Translations under genes and position numbers: made by a program | Part shown: positions 9,937 to 19,138 of the stretch, in pieces | Numbering within the stretch: the first letter of the stretch is position 1 | How the letters are laid out: each line of letters starts with the position of its first letter | NCBI GenBank assembly: GCA_020724425.1 | Contig: DYGY01000009.1 | Coordinates: forward strand, 1,240 to 65,239 | Length of the DNA stretch: 64,000 nucleotides | Origin: Thermaerobacter marianensis | Lineage (GTDB): Bacteria > Bacillota > Sulfobacillia > DVGY01 | Direction: 5' to 3' | The notes under the pieces: model-generated | Database searches by the model: none | What the model saw: only the letters and a program-made list of their open reading frames with translations | Told to the model about the DNA's origin: nothing

Positions 9937-11013
9937 ATGCAGATTGGTATTATGGGTTTATCCATGGTAGGAAAGACAACAATGTTTAATCTTCTGACAA
10001 AGACCGCTTCAGAAACAAAGGTAGGTCAAAAACAGGTGAATGTGGGGGTAGCAAAGGTGCCGGATCAGAGGATTGACTGGTTAGCTGAGTTATATAATCC
10101 TAAAAAGGTCACCTATGCTGATATTAAGTTTAAAGATATTCCTGGTCTTATCCCGGGAGAATATGACAAAAAGAAGTTAAACGAATTCTTTGCTGATGTG
10201 CGAGAAGTGGATGCTGTTGTAATGGTATTAAGAAGTTTTAGAGAGGAATCTGTACCTCCTGCTTTAGATGATATTGATCCCTTAAGAGAAGCAGATACCC
10301 TCATGACTGAGCTTTTCCTAGCTGATCTTGGTCATGTCGAAAGTCTTCTAGAGAGATATCAGAAGAACAAAAAGAAGACCAAGGAAGAGGAGTTACAGGT
10401 AGGAATCCTTGAGAAATGTCTTGTGGGTTTAGAAGAAGAAAAGCTTCTTAGCCAAATAGGGTTAACAGATGAAGAGAGGTTTCTTTTGAGAGGTTTTGGT
10501 CTGCTCACCCTAAAACCATTAATCTTTGCTGTTAATGTGGATGAAGAGAATCTTAAAGATAAGCAGTTTGCCAAGAAAGAGGAATTAGGTGAGTATGCTA
10601 AGGAACGGGGAATCTCTCTTTTATCATTCTGTGGTACAGTTGAGGGTGAGATTTCACAGATGAGTGAAGAAGATAAGGAACTGTTCATGGCTGAGTATGG
10701 GATTGAAGAATCAGGTATTGATCGTCTAGCCAAGACTGTTTATGAGTTGATGGGTCTTTTCTCCTTCTTTACTGTTGGTGAGGATGAGGTAAGGGCCTGG
10801 ACCATAAAGAAGGGTACAAAGGCTAGAGAGGCGGCCGGGAAGATTCATTCTGATATTGAACGGGGTTTCATTAAAGCTGAAGTGGTTTCTTATGACATCT
10901 TAAGAGATCTTGGAAATATGAAGCTTGTAAAGGAACAAGGCCTCTGGAGGCTTGAAGGTAAAGAATATGAGGTTTGTGATGGGGATATCATTAATTTTAG
11001 ACATAATACTTGA
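9937..11013 (+). CDS. ychF: Redox-regulated ribosome-binding ATPase YchF (Obg family GTPase)
   Basis: N-terminal P-loop GIMGLSMVGKTTMFN, 358-aa length, coiled-coil insert and C-terminal TGS-like region, as in YchF. Confidence 0.85.
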   Translation: MQIGIMGLSMVGKTTMFNLLTKTASETKVGQKQVNVGVAKVPDQRIDWLAELYNPKKVTYADIKFKDIPGLIPGEYDKKKLNEFFADVREVDAVVMVLRSFREESVPPALDDIDPLREADTLMTELFLADLGHVESLLERYQKNKKKTKEEELQVGILEKCLVGLEEEKLLSQIGLTDEERFLLRGFGLLTLKPLIFAVNVDEENLKDKQFAKKEELGEYAKERGISLLSFCGTVEGEISQMSEEDKELFMAEYGIEESGIDRLAKTVYELMGLFSFFTVGEDEVRAWTIKKGTKAREAAGKIHSDIERGFIKAEVVSYDILRDLGNMKLVKEQGLWRLEGKEYEVCDGDIINFRHNT

Positions 11014-11042
11014 GACCGGACTATTCCGGTCTTTTCTCTATT
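11014..11042. terminator. Bidirectional terminator (AGACCGGACTATTCCGGTCT + TTTTCTC)
   Basis: Perfect hairpin directly after the ychF stop and overlapping the 3' end of the convergent deacetylase gene. Confidence 0.65.
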
Positions 11043-11809
11043 AGTTCTGAAAGAAAGACAAACTTGATTCCCCGCGCTTCTAGTTGGGGATAGATGCTGG
11101 CTATCGCTTTTACGGTTATAGTACCTCCTTCTGGTCCCACATGACCGATTCCTATTGCATATCCTTGTTCTAGAGCGATTTCTCCTAAGCGTATTAGTTG
11201 CCTTTCAATGGCTTTTTGGTCTTTAACGTTATCAAGAAATATGTCTCGCTTGAAGTGTGGGACATCAATACTTGTAGCTATTTCCTGAACTACCGAGTCT
11301 GAGGTTGTGAGGCTATCAAGGAAGTATAGGTCATTTTCTTTGGCTATTGAAAGGATTATTTGCATGATGCGTTTGTCCGCTGTTGCTTTAGAACCCATGT
11401 GGTTATTCATGCCTTTGGCATACCTAATTTCTGTAAGGCTTTCTCTAATACGCTTTTCTATTTCTTCATCTGTTAGATTGGTAGTAATTCCTTTAGGGCC
11501 TAACCAGCTAGCCTTACCATAGTTGGGTTCTAAAGGAATATGCAAAATTACCTCCTTGTTAGCTTGATGAGCTAAAGTGGCATCACTTTGACTGTGCTCT
11601 AGCCCTGGGATAACGGCTACAGTGATAGGGATATCAAGGGCAAGTAAGGCATCTGTACCTTCCCCGTGGTTACCAAAGTCATCAATGACTATGGCTATAT
11701 ATGCTCTAGGTTCTGGTTCAGTCAAGAATACTGGCATGAACAGAAGAAGAGATATGAAGATAAAACTGAATGAGAGTTGTTTTTTGGTTAGAACAAGGTA
11801 CATAAGCAT
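11021..11809 (-). CDS. Divergent polysaccharide deacetylase family protein (YibQ-like), membrane-anchored
   Basis: N-terminal hydrophobic anchor, then AIVIDDFGNHGEGTDALLALDIPITVAVIPG and MNNHMGS, typical of the divergent polysaccharide deacetylase family. Confidence 0.65.
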   Translation of the reverse strand: MLMYLVLTKKQLSFSFIFISLLLFMPVFLTEPEPRAYIAIVIDDFGNHGEGTDALLALDIPITVAVIPGLEHSQSDATLAHQANKEVILHIPLEPNYGKASWLGPKGITTNLTDEEIEKRIRESLTEIRYAKGMNNHMGSKATADKRIMQIILSIAKENDLYFLDSLTTSDSVVQEIATSIDVPHFKRDIFLDNVKDQKAIERQLIRLGEIALEQGYAIGIGHVGPEGGTITVKAIASIYPQLEARGIKFVFLSELIEKRPE

Positions 11810-11904
11810 CTCTCCTTGCTGCTATATATGCAAGAAAATTGTCGAATATTGCAGGGGATGAAAGAGGGATTAGAGAAATTTATGTTTAGAAGGGAGGTTT
11901 TCTT

Positions 11905-12096
11905 ATGGTAGGTATGATCGAATTATTTGTGGCTTTAATTTTTGTAGGTCTCATTGTTATTCTTCCCTATTGGAAGATATTCTCTAAGGCTGGGTTCCCT
12001 GGGTGGTATAGTTTTCTGTTGTTAGTGCCAATCTTAAATCTTATTATGATTTTCTATCTAGCTTTTGCTGAATGGCCAATTCACAAGGAAGAGTAG
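11905..12096 (+). CDS. Small two-TM membrane protein (hypothetical)
   Basis: 63-aa ORF with two hydrophobic helices, followed by a hairpin terminator. Confidence 0.4.
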   Translation: MVGMIELFVALIFVGLIVILPYWKIFSKAGFPGWYSFLLLVPILNLIMIFYLAFAEWPIHKEE

Positions 12097-12132
12097 AGGT
12101 TAGAATCCTTCGCAAGAAGGGTTCTTTTTTAA
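12097..12132 (+). terminator. Rho-independent terminator (CCTTCGCAAGAAGG + TTCTTTTTT)
   Basis: Hairpin plus T-run immediately after the stop of the small membrane protein gene. Confidence 0.65.
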
Positions 12133-12141
12133 GATTAATGA

Positions 12142-12201
12142 CGAACACCTGTTTGACAAGCGCAAGAAAAACAAGTATACTAGAAATGCGAACAAATGTT
12201 C
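12142..12201 (+). promoter_or_regulatory. Sigma-A promoter (TTGACA-17-TATACT) overlapped by two Cheo/LexA-type boxes (CGAACACCTGTTTG and CGAACAAATGTTC)
   Basis: TTGACA at 12153-12158, a 17-nt spacer, TATACT at 12176-12181. The first box (12142-12155) overlaps the -35 element; the second (12189-12201) lies just downstream of the -10. Both fit the Gram-positive SOS-box consensus CGAAC-N4-GTTCG. Confidence 0.65.
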
Positions 12202-12218
12202 CTTGAGGAGTGAGGAAA

Positions 12219-13388
12219 ATGACTCGCTATCTAGTCTACCTAGAAATCGAAGGCTTTTATTCAAGGGTATTAATAAGGCAGAAACCTGAATTAAAGAATC
12301 AGGCTATTCTGATAGTGGAAAAGGGTCAGGTAGTGGATGTTTCTCCGGAAGCTGCTGAGTTAGGGATTAAGGCTGGAGATAGTTTAAAAGCTTCACATAG
12401 AAAGCTTACGATTATTAATTATCGGGATATTGACGTTCAAGAGATGTTATATGCTTTGGGAAATATATACTATTCTTTAACACCGGAGATAGAGTTTGCT
12501 AGGGAGAATCAGGTCTGGTTAGGTATTACTGTCAGGTCAGATCAGGAAGTGGAAGAATTCATTCGTTATCTTAGTTCGCTTTTGGTACCTGAGTTTGGTC
12601 ACTGGTTAAGGTTTGGGTATTCCTCTTCGAAGATAGCTGCTAGAGTCGGTGCTGATTTAACTAAACTAGATAATTTACCTTATGGCTTTATGCAGAAGGT
12701 GATGAGCAGAGGTGTTATGGCGTTAGTGAAAAAGAGGGGTGCTTTGGCTAATGTTCCTTTGGAGTATCTCTGGTTTTTAGATAAAAAGAAACTTAGGGAG
12801 TTGGAGTTTAAGGGGATTAGCCGGTTAGGGCAGTTTCTTGAGCTTAATAGTTTTAGAGATAAGTTGCAGGTCAATTTCCCGGCAAGGATTGTTGAGAAGA
12901 GGGCTGTCTTAAAGGATGTTAGTTTCTTCTCTTTAAGGCATGTGATCCGTGAGATTGCTATTGGGTTAGGTAAAGAGTTAGATAGGGGTAATGAGGGGTT
13001 ACGGGTTATTGAATTAAGAGTGGTTTATGGTGGAAAGGTTATCAGGAAGCAAAGACATTTTAGCAGGGCTCAACAGAAGCTTGAAGGTGCCTTAGTTATT
13101 CTTTTAGATAAGGTTTTAGCTGAAATAGGGATAGACGAGGTTAGTGAATTAGTGGTCTATGGGTACCATTTTGAGAGCTTAAAGGTCGAGCAGTTAGATC
13201 TTTTTGGGCAGAAACAGGAAAGAGATATCGGTGAATTGATAGCTCATTTGAATAAGGGGTTAGGTAAAGAGAGGATTTATCTGGCTAATAGGATTGAGGT
13301 ATCAAGAAGAGAGAAGATGCTTAACTATTGGGATCCATATAGGAGTAGGGTTAGTTATGAAGATAATTTGCAAGCAAATAGAGGTTAA
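12219..13388 (+). CDS. imuB: ImuB-like Y-family DNA polymerase homolog (probably catalytically inactive)
   Basis: N-terminus YLVYLEIEGFYS aligns with the DinB/UmuC start (L.LD.D.FFASVE) but the catalytic aspartates are replaced. Sits directly upstream of the DnaE2-like gene. Start taken at ATG 12219 (GAGGAG RBS); the ORF track used GTG 12210. Confidence 0.6.
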   Translation: MTRYLVYLEIEGFYSRVLIRQKPELKNQAILIVEKGQVVDVSPEAAELGIKAGDSLKASHRKLTIINYRDIDVQEMLYALGNIYYSLTPEIEFARENQVWLGITVRSDQEVEEFIRYLSSLLVPEFGHWLRFGYSSSKIAARVGADLTKLDNLPYGFMQKVMSRGVMALVKKRGALANVPLEYLWFLDKKKLRELEFKGISRLGQFLELNSFRDKLQVNFPARIVEKRAVLKDVSFFSLRHVIREIAIGLGKELDRGNEGLRVIELRVVYGGKVIRKQRHFSRAQQKLEGALVILLDKVLAEIGIDEVSELVVYGYHFESLKVEQLDLFGQKQERDIGELIAHLNKGLGKERIYLANRIEVSRREKMLNYWDPYRSRVSYEDNLQANRG

Positions 13389-13416
13389 GGAGAAAAAATT
13401 TGGGTATAACAGGAAT

Positions 13417-13581
13417 ATGTATGAGATTTCTGAGGTTTTAGATAGCTGGAGGGACATAGGGGCTTGGTGGGAAGATGAAGAGGAAAAGAGGTTCTGGCGG
13501 GTTTCTTTGCATAATGATCTGACTGCAGAAATTTTCTATATTCCTAATAAAAAGAAATGGTATCTATATAGATTGTGGTAG
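13417..13581 (+). CDS. Small hypothetical protein (54 aa, acidic/Trp-rich) between imuB-like and dnaE2-like genes
   Basis: ATG at 13417 (MYEISEVLDSWRDIGAWWEDEEEKRFW...) in the 200-bp gap. The ORF track extends it upstream to 13294, overlapping imuB in another frame. No recognisable domain. Confidence 0.3.
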   Translation: MYEISEVLDSWRDIGAWWEDEEEKRFWRVSLHNDLTAEIFYIPNKKKWYLYRLW

Positions 13582-13594
13582 GGGGAAGAACCTT

Positions 13595-16500
13595 GTGGAT
13601 TTTGTACATCTGCATGTTCACTCTCCGTTTTCTTTTTTGGACGGTGGTAGTGAGATTAGGAATTTAGTGAAAAGGGCCAAGGAATATGGGATGTCAGCTC
13701 TGGCATTAACTGATCATAACAGTTTGGCAGGAGCTGTACAGTTTCAAAAGGAGTGCGAAAAAGAAGGACTTAAAGCTATCCATGGAGCAGAAGTTACTTT
13801 AGAAAGTGGAGGACATCTAGTTCTTTTAGCTCGGGGACAGGAAGGATATCATAATCTATCTAGATTGCTGACTAAGGCTCATTTAGTTAATGAACGATTA
13901 CAGCCTATGGTCAGCATTAGATCTCTTTGGGAATATCAAGAGGGATTAATTGCTTTATCTGGCTGTCGTAGAGGAGAAGTTCCCTCTTTGCTCTTGAAGG
14001 GAAAACTAAAAGAGGCGAAAGAGAAAGCAGAGATATACAGGGATATCTTTGGGGGGAGGTTTTATCTAGAAATCCAAAACCTTTATATACCCGGGGATGT
14101 TGCTTTAAACAGAAAGCTTAAAGAGTTAGGGGAAGAAACAGGGATTAAATTAGCAGGTACTAATAATGTGCATTACCTAGACAAAGAGGATTTTCCTGTT
14201 CATGATCTTTTAACCTGTATTCGTCTGGGCTTAACTTTAGAGGAGGTCCATCAAGAACGGAGATTAAATGCAGAGAACTATCTTAAATCAACAGCTAAGA
14301 TGTATGAGGTATTAGCTGACTATCCCGAAGCTATTGAAAATACTCTGGCTATTGCTGATTTATGTGAGCCAGGTTTAGATATGACCAAGAGATATTATCC
14401 TGCCTATTTGTATCCCAAAGAGTATCGGAGTGCAACAGCCTACTTAAAAGAACTAGTCTATGCTGGAGCTAAAGAGAAGTATGGGAGGATATCTAGAACT
14501 TTACGGGAACGGATAGAGCATGAACTCTTTGTTATTGATAGGCTTAAGTATAGCGACTATTTCCTTTTAGTATGGGATGTGGTTCAGCATGCTAAGGAAA
14601 AGGGGATAAGGTATGCTGGTAGGGGTTCTGCTGCTGATTCTGTTATAGCATATAGCTTATCTATTACAGAGGTTGATGCTTTTAAGAGAGGTCTGCTATT
14701 TGAAAGATTTATCTCTTTAGAAAGAGCTGAAAGTCCTGATATTGATATTGATTTTGATGCTAGGTACAGGGATGATGTCAGTGCTTATGTATATGTAAAG
14801 TATGGGGAAAGGCATGTGGCAGCTGTAGCTACCTATCATACGTTTCAGGCTAGATCCGCTTTAAGGGAGCTGGGTAAGGTTTTAGGGTTTTCTGCAAAGG
14901 AGGCTGATATTTTAGCTAAAAGGGTACCCTATTATCTTTCTGATATGGGGGATCTCTTTAACAGGGTACCTGAAATTAAGAATATGAATCTCTCTTCTGT
15001 TAAGTATAAACAGCTACTGTATTATGCTAAAAAGATTATTGATCTGCCAAGGCATCTTGGGACTCATTTAGGAGGTTTAGTTATTACCAATCTACCGGTA
15101 ACTGATCTATCTCCTTTACAAAAGTCAGCTAAAGGGGTTAATGTTATCGGGTTTGACAAAAGGGCTGTAGAGGATTTAGGGTTGTTAAAACTAGACCTTT
15201 TATCATTACGCACCATGTCAGCTATTGAAGACAGTATTAAAATCATTAGGGATTTGGATTATGAAAAGATACCTTTAGATGATAAAGAGACTTACAAGAT
15301 GTTGCATGCAGGAGAGACTGTAGGGGTCTTTCAGTTGGAGAGTGCTGCTCAAAGAGCTTTACAATCAAAATTAAAAGCAGATAATTTTGAGGATATTGTA
15401 GCAAGTTTAGCTTTGATTAGACCAGGACCTATTCAGGGGAACATGGTTGATCCTTTTATAGCTAGACGGAAAGGAAAAGAGAAAATTAGCTATCTTCATC
15501 CTGATTTAGAGCCTATTCTAAAAAAGACTTATGGGGTTGTTTTGTTTCAGGAACAGGTGATAGAGATTGCTTCAGTTATTGCCGGCTTTACTCCAGGAGA
15601 ATCAGATCAGTTACGGAGGGTTATGACCCATGCACGTTCTAGCAGGGATATGGAGGAAATAGGGGGGGTCTTTTTAAGAAAAGCTCAAGCAAATGGGGTT
15701 AGTATACAGACAGCCAAGGAAATCTTTTCATATATTGCTGGGTATGCCAGTTATGGCTTTAATGAGGCTCATGCCACAGCGTTTGCCTATACTGCTTACA
15801 AAACAGCCTATCTTCTAAGGCATTATCCAGCAGAATACTATTGCTCCTTATTAAATCATCAACCTATGGGATATTACCCGGTCAATACTCTTTGCCTATT
15901 AGCTAAACAGAGGGGTATACAGGTGTTGCCTTTAGATATTAATGAAAGTGAGATAGATTTTTCTGTAGAGAAGGGCAATATCCGGATAGGCCTTAAACAG
16001 CTTAAAGGACTAAGGGAAAAGGAACAGCAAGCAATTAGTACTACAAGATCTACGGGCAGGTACCTATCATACAAGGATTTTATTGAACGTTTGGGTTCTA
16101 GAGTATGTAAGGATTCCTTGAGCAACCTTGTTAAGGTAGGGGCTTTTGATAGCTTAGAGGAAAACAGAAGGGCTCTCTTATGGCAAAAACCAGTGGCAGA
16201 TGCCTCTCCTTTAGAGAAATGGGCCTATGAGATAGAGCTAACAGGAATAGAGAGTCAAGTATCCTTTATGGGGTTAACAAGAGATAGATTAAAAGGATTT
16301 ACTTTAAGCACAGAAGTGAAAAGGAAGATTGGTAAGAAGATATGGTTGGCAGGCTGGCCAATTAGGCCTCATAGGCCACCAACCAAAAGTGGGAAGGTTG
16401 TTGTCTTTTTTTCTCTACAGGATGAGGTTGGTTTAGCAGAGGTGACTATGTTCACATCATCCTATGAAAAATATGGACAGCTAATTTTTGGGGAACATAT

Positions 16501-16600
16501 ACCTCTAGGGATTTATGGGGAGGTATTCTCTCGGGATGGAGCTATAAGTGTGAATGCAGAAGTTGTTAAAGACTTGCGGGATTTGTTAACAAAGGAATGA
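13595..16600 (+). CDS. dnaE2: Error-prone DNA polymerase III alpha subunit, DnaE2-type
   Basis: 1001 aa. N-terminal PHP domain HLHVHSPFSFLDGGS, polymerase core motifs, C-terminal OB fold. Its short length relative to replicative DnaE/PolC, imuB adjacency and SOS boxes indicate a DnaE2/ImuC-type enzyme. GTG start after GGGGGAAG. Confidence 0.75.
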   Translation: MDFVHLHVHSPFSFLDGGSEIRNLVKRAKEYGMSALALTDHNSLAGAVQFQKECEKEGLKAIHGAEVTLESGGHLVLLARGQEGYHNLSRLLTKAHLVNERLQPMVSIRSLWEYQEGLIALSGCRRGEVPSLLLKGKLKEAKEKAEIYRDIFGGRFYLEIQNLYIPGDVALNRKLKELGEETGIKLAGTNNVHYLDKEDFPVHDLLTCIRLGLTLEEVHQERRLNAENYLKSTAKMYEVLADYPEAIENTLAIADLCEPGLDMTKRYYPAYLYPKEYRSATAYLKELVYAGAKEKYGRISRTLRERIEHELFVIDRLKYSDYFLLVWDVVQHAKEKGIRYAGRGSAADSVIAYSLSITEVDAFKRGLLFERFISLERAESPDIDIDFDARYRDDVSAYVYVKYGERHVAAVATYHTFQARSALRELGKVLGFSAKEADILAKRVPYYLSDMGDLFNRVPEIKNMNLSSVKYKQLLYYAKKIIDLPRHLGTHLGGLVITNLPVTDLSPLQKSAKGVNVIGFDKRAVEDLGLLKLDLLSLRTMSAIEDSIKIIRDLDYEKIPLDDKETYKMLHAGETVGVFQLESAAQRALQSKLKADNFEDIVASLALIRPGPIQGNMVDPFIARRKGKEKISYLHPDLEPILKKTYGVVLFQEQVIEIASVIAGFTPGESDQLRRVMTHARSSRDMEEIGGVFLRKAQANGVSIQTAKEIFSYIAGYASYGFNEAHATAFAYTAYKTAYLLRHYPAEYYCSLLNHQPMGYYPVNTLCLLAKQRGIQVLPLDINESEIDFSVEKGNIRIGLKQLKGLREKEQQAISTTRSTGRYLSYKDFIERLGSRVCKDSLSNLVKVGAFDSLEENRRALLWQKPVADASPLEKWAYEIELTGIESQVSFMGLTRDRLKGFTLSTEVKRKIGKKIWLAGWPIRPHRPPTKSGKVVVFFSLQDEVGLAEVTMFTSSYEKYGQLIFGEHIPLGIYGEVFSRDGAISVNAEVVKDLRDLLTKE

Positions 16601-16645
16601 TGGGAACCCATGCCGAATTCTCTAGCAGAAAGGAGTTGAATCTAT

Positions 16646-16876
16646 ATGATGCAATTTATTGACCTTATAATTTTGGCAGCTATTTACTGGCTTTTAGCTA
16701 CCTCCATTAATTCTCTTAAATTGGATAATCTTTTTAGTGATCCTGATAGTGAAGGGGCCAAGACCATTAAAGGTTTCATTGTTATCATTGCCGGCTGGCT
16801 AATCTTTAAGTATGTTGCCTTACCTTTATTCGCTTTTATCTTCCAATTAATAAATACAATTAGGTGGATGTTCTAG
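16646..16876 (+). CDS. Small membrane protein (hypothetical)
   Basis: 76 aa, two hydrophobic segments. Confidence 0.35.
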   Translation: MMQFIDLIILAAIYWLLATSINSLKLDNLFSDPDSEGAKTIKGFIVIIAGWLIFKYVALPLFAFIFQLINTIRWMF

Positions 16877-16880
16877 GGGA

Positions 16881-17525
16881 ATGTTAGAGAAGATTTATGA
16901 AGAGTTATATAACGCTTATGGTCCCCAGGACTGGTGGCCAGCTGATGAACCTTTTGAAGTGGTTGTTGGGGCTATTCTGACTCAGAATGTCTCCTGGAGC
17001 AATGTTATTAAGGCTATCAGGAACCTAAAAGAAAGAGATGTGCTTAGTTTTGAGGGCATGAAGAACATACCTACTGAAGAATTAGCCTTGTTGATTAAAC
17101 CTACCGGATACTATAACTCTAAGGCAAAGAAATTGAAGGCTTTTCTAAGTTATCTTGAGGAGTATGGTTCCTTAGAGAATCTATTCAGAAAGCCTTTAGA
17201 GTCTTTAAGGACAGAGCTCCAAAATGTCTATGGTATCGGTCCAGAGACTGCTGATGCTATACTCTGTTATGCAGGAGAGTATCCTGTTATGGTTATTGAT
17301 GCCTACACCATCAGGATTCTAAGCAGGATGGGGATTATTGATGTGAAAGCAAACTATCATGAGGTCCAGGAGCTTTTCCATAGGGAATTAGCAGGGGATA
17401 CCCAGTTATATAATGAGTATCATGCTTTGTTGACACGGTTGGCCAAAGAGGTCTGTCTGAAGAAGAAGCCATTGTGTGCTAGCTGTTCCTTGGTTCAATA
17501 TTGCAAACAAATAGGGGTAGAGTAG
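16881..17525 (+). CDS. HhH-GPD superfamily DNA glycosylase (endonuclease III-like) with C-terminal 4Fe-4S cluster loop
   Basis: VVVGAILTQNVSW, helix-hairpin-helix GIGPETAD, and C-terminal Cys cluster C..C..C...C. Confidence 0.7.
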   Translation: MLEKIYEELYNAYGPQDWWPADEPFEVVVGAILTQNVSWSNVIKAIRNLKERDVLSFEGMKNIPTEELALLIKPTGYYNSKAKKLKAFLSYLEEYGSLENLFRKPLESLRTELQNVYGIGPETADAILCYAGEYPVMVIDAYTIRILSRMGIIDVKANYHEVQELFHRELAGDTQLYNEYHALLTRLAKEVCLKKKPLCASCSLVQYCKQIGVE

Positions 17526-17668
17526 GCATGTCTTACTATATTTTGCAGGGGAAATATGAGAAATGTCGAACAATGGCAATATCAGAATAGGAAAGGGGTA
17601 TATACCACAAGGAACTTTAGAGCCGAATAGTGCTAGTTCAAAATTAGTATCTTAGGGGGCAGATATTT

Positions 17669-18769
17669 ATGATGATGTTGACCAAAGATACGCTTCATGA
17701 GCTAATGCAGATAGAGGCTGAGTTTTGTGTTTCAATCTTTATGCATACTCATCGTGCTGGCAAGGAGATAGAGCAGAACTACATTCGCTTTAAGAATCTG
17801 ATTCAAAAGACTGAGTCAGATCTATTGAATCGGGGTCTGCGTTCTCGAGAGGTCAGTAGTCTTTTGGAGCCTGCTAGGAAGCTATTGGCTGATGGTCATT
17901 TCTGGCGTCATCAGAGTGATGGTTTGGCGGTTTTTATTGCTCCTGATTTTTTCAAGTATTTCCGGGTACCACATGGTTTTGAAGAATCTTTGGTGGTTTC
18001 TGATAGGTTCTATATTAAACCCTTAATGCCTTTGCTGACTGGTGATGGCATTTTTTATATTCTGGCAGTGAGTCAGAATAGGGTGAGACTATTGCAGGGG
18101 ACAAAACATAGTGTAAGTGAAGAGGATCTAGAAGATCTGGCAGTTCAGTTGCAGCAAGCATTGGAATATGAATATGAAAAACAGCTACAGATGCGGAGTC
18201 AGGGACCTGAGGGTATGATCTATCACGGTCATGGGGGAGATGAAAGCAGAGAGAGTGTTCTTAAGTATCTAAGGCTAGTGGATTCTGGTTTGAGAGACTT
18301 TCTTAGACATGAAAGAGCTCCTCTTGTTTTTGCTGGTGTGGAATATCTGTTTCCGATGTATAAAGAGGTGAATACCTATCCTTTTCTGCTTGAGAGAGCG
18401 CTGCCGGGTAATCCTGAGGATGTTAGTGCGGGAGAATTGCATAGGCAGGCCTGGAATATAGTTGAACCATATTTTAAGAGAGAACAACAGCAAATTATTG
18501 AACAGTATCAAGTGTTAGCTGGAACAGGTCTATCGGGGTCAGCGGTTGAAGAGGTAATGTCTGCGGCGTACTTTGGTAGGGTAGAGGTATTGATGATTGA
18601 ATCGGGGAGCAGGGTTCTTGGTAGTTATGATAGGGAACATGATAGGGTAGAGGTGGGAGATAGAGATCTTTTAAATCTCATGGCTGTCTATACTCTATTA
18701 AATCGTGGCACAGTATACGTTATGAATGATGTTCCAGATAGGCCGGTAGCGGCCATCTTCAGGTACTAG
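17669..18769 (+). CDS. Hypothetical protein (366 aa), partner of rubredoxin
   Basis: No confident family assignment. Its 3' end (18680-18769) is repeated at 24007-24107. Confidence 0.5.
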   Translation: MMMLTKDTLHELMQIEAEFCVSIFMHTHRAGKEIEQNYIRFKNLIQKTESDLLNRGLRSREVSSLLEPARKLLADGHFWRHQSDGLAVFIAPDFFKYFRVPHGFEESLVVSDRFYIKPLMPLLTGDGIFYILAVSQNRVRLLQGTKHSVSEEDLEDLAVQLQQALEYEYEKQLQMRSQGPEGMIYHGHGGDESRESVLKYLRLVDSGLRDFLRHERAPLVFAGVEYLFPMYKEVNTYPFLLERALPGNPEDVSAGELHRQAWNIVEPYFKREQQQIIEQYQVLAGTGLSGSAVEEVMSAAYFGRVEVLMIESGSRVLGSYDREHDRVEVGDRDLLNLMAVYTLLNRGTVYVMNDVPDRPVAAIFRY

Positions 18770-18822
18770 TTAGAGTATTCCCCATAACCTGGATAGAATG
18801 GTGTGAGGAAAGGGAATAGAGT

Positions 18823-19080
18823 ATGGCCAAATATGTGTGTAGAGCTTGTGGTTATGAATACTTTGATCCAGTTGGGGACATTATTTGTGTTTTAGGGATA
18901 GATGATTTGCCAGAGTCAGGGGTTTGTCCAAATCGTGCTCTGCAATCAGTTGTTAGACAGTCTGACGTACGGATCTGTGCGGGAAATGCCCAAAAACTGG
19001 GCATTTCTACCGCGATTTTTAAAATGAAGGCTCCCAGGGCATGCACTTCTTATTGTGACAGAAGGATGAAAATATTATAA
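18823..19080 (+). pseudogene. Disrupted rubredoxin (N-terminal CxxC knuckle intact, second CPxCG knuckle lost)
   Basis: MAKYVCRACGYEYFDP... matches the intact rubredoxin at 24173-24343 for about the first 30 codons and then diverges (VCPNRALQ instead of VCPVCGA). Confidence 0.55.
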
Positions 19081-19138
19081 TCAGCTAAACGGACTGATTT
19101 CCATGAAATATATGCATGGAATAACAAAGGAGACGTAA

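Noticed and set aside
12210-12218. GTG start at 12210 for the imuB-like gene, as used in the ORF track
   Set aside because: ATG at 12219 has better RBS spacing (GAGGAG 8 nt upstream). The GTG would overlap the RBS itself.
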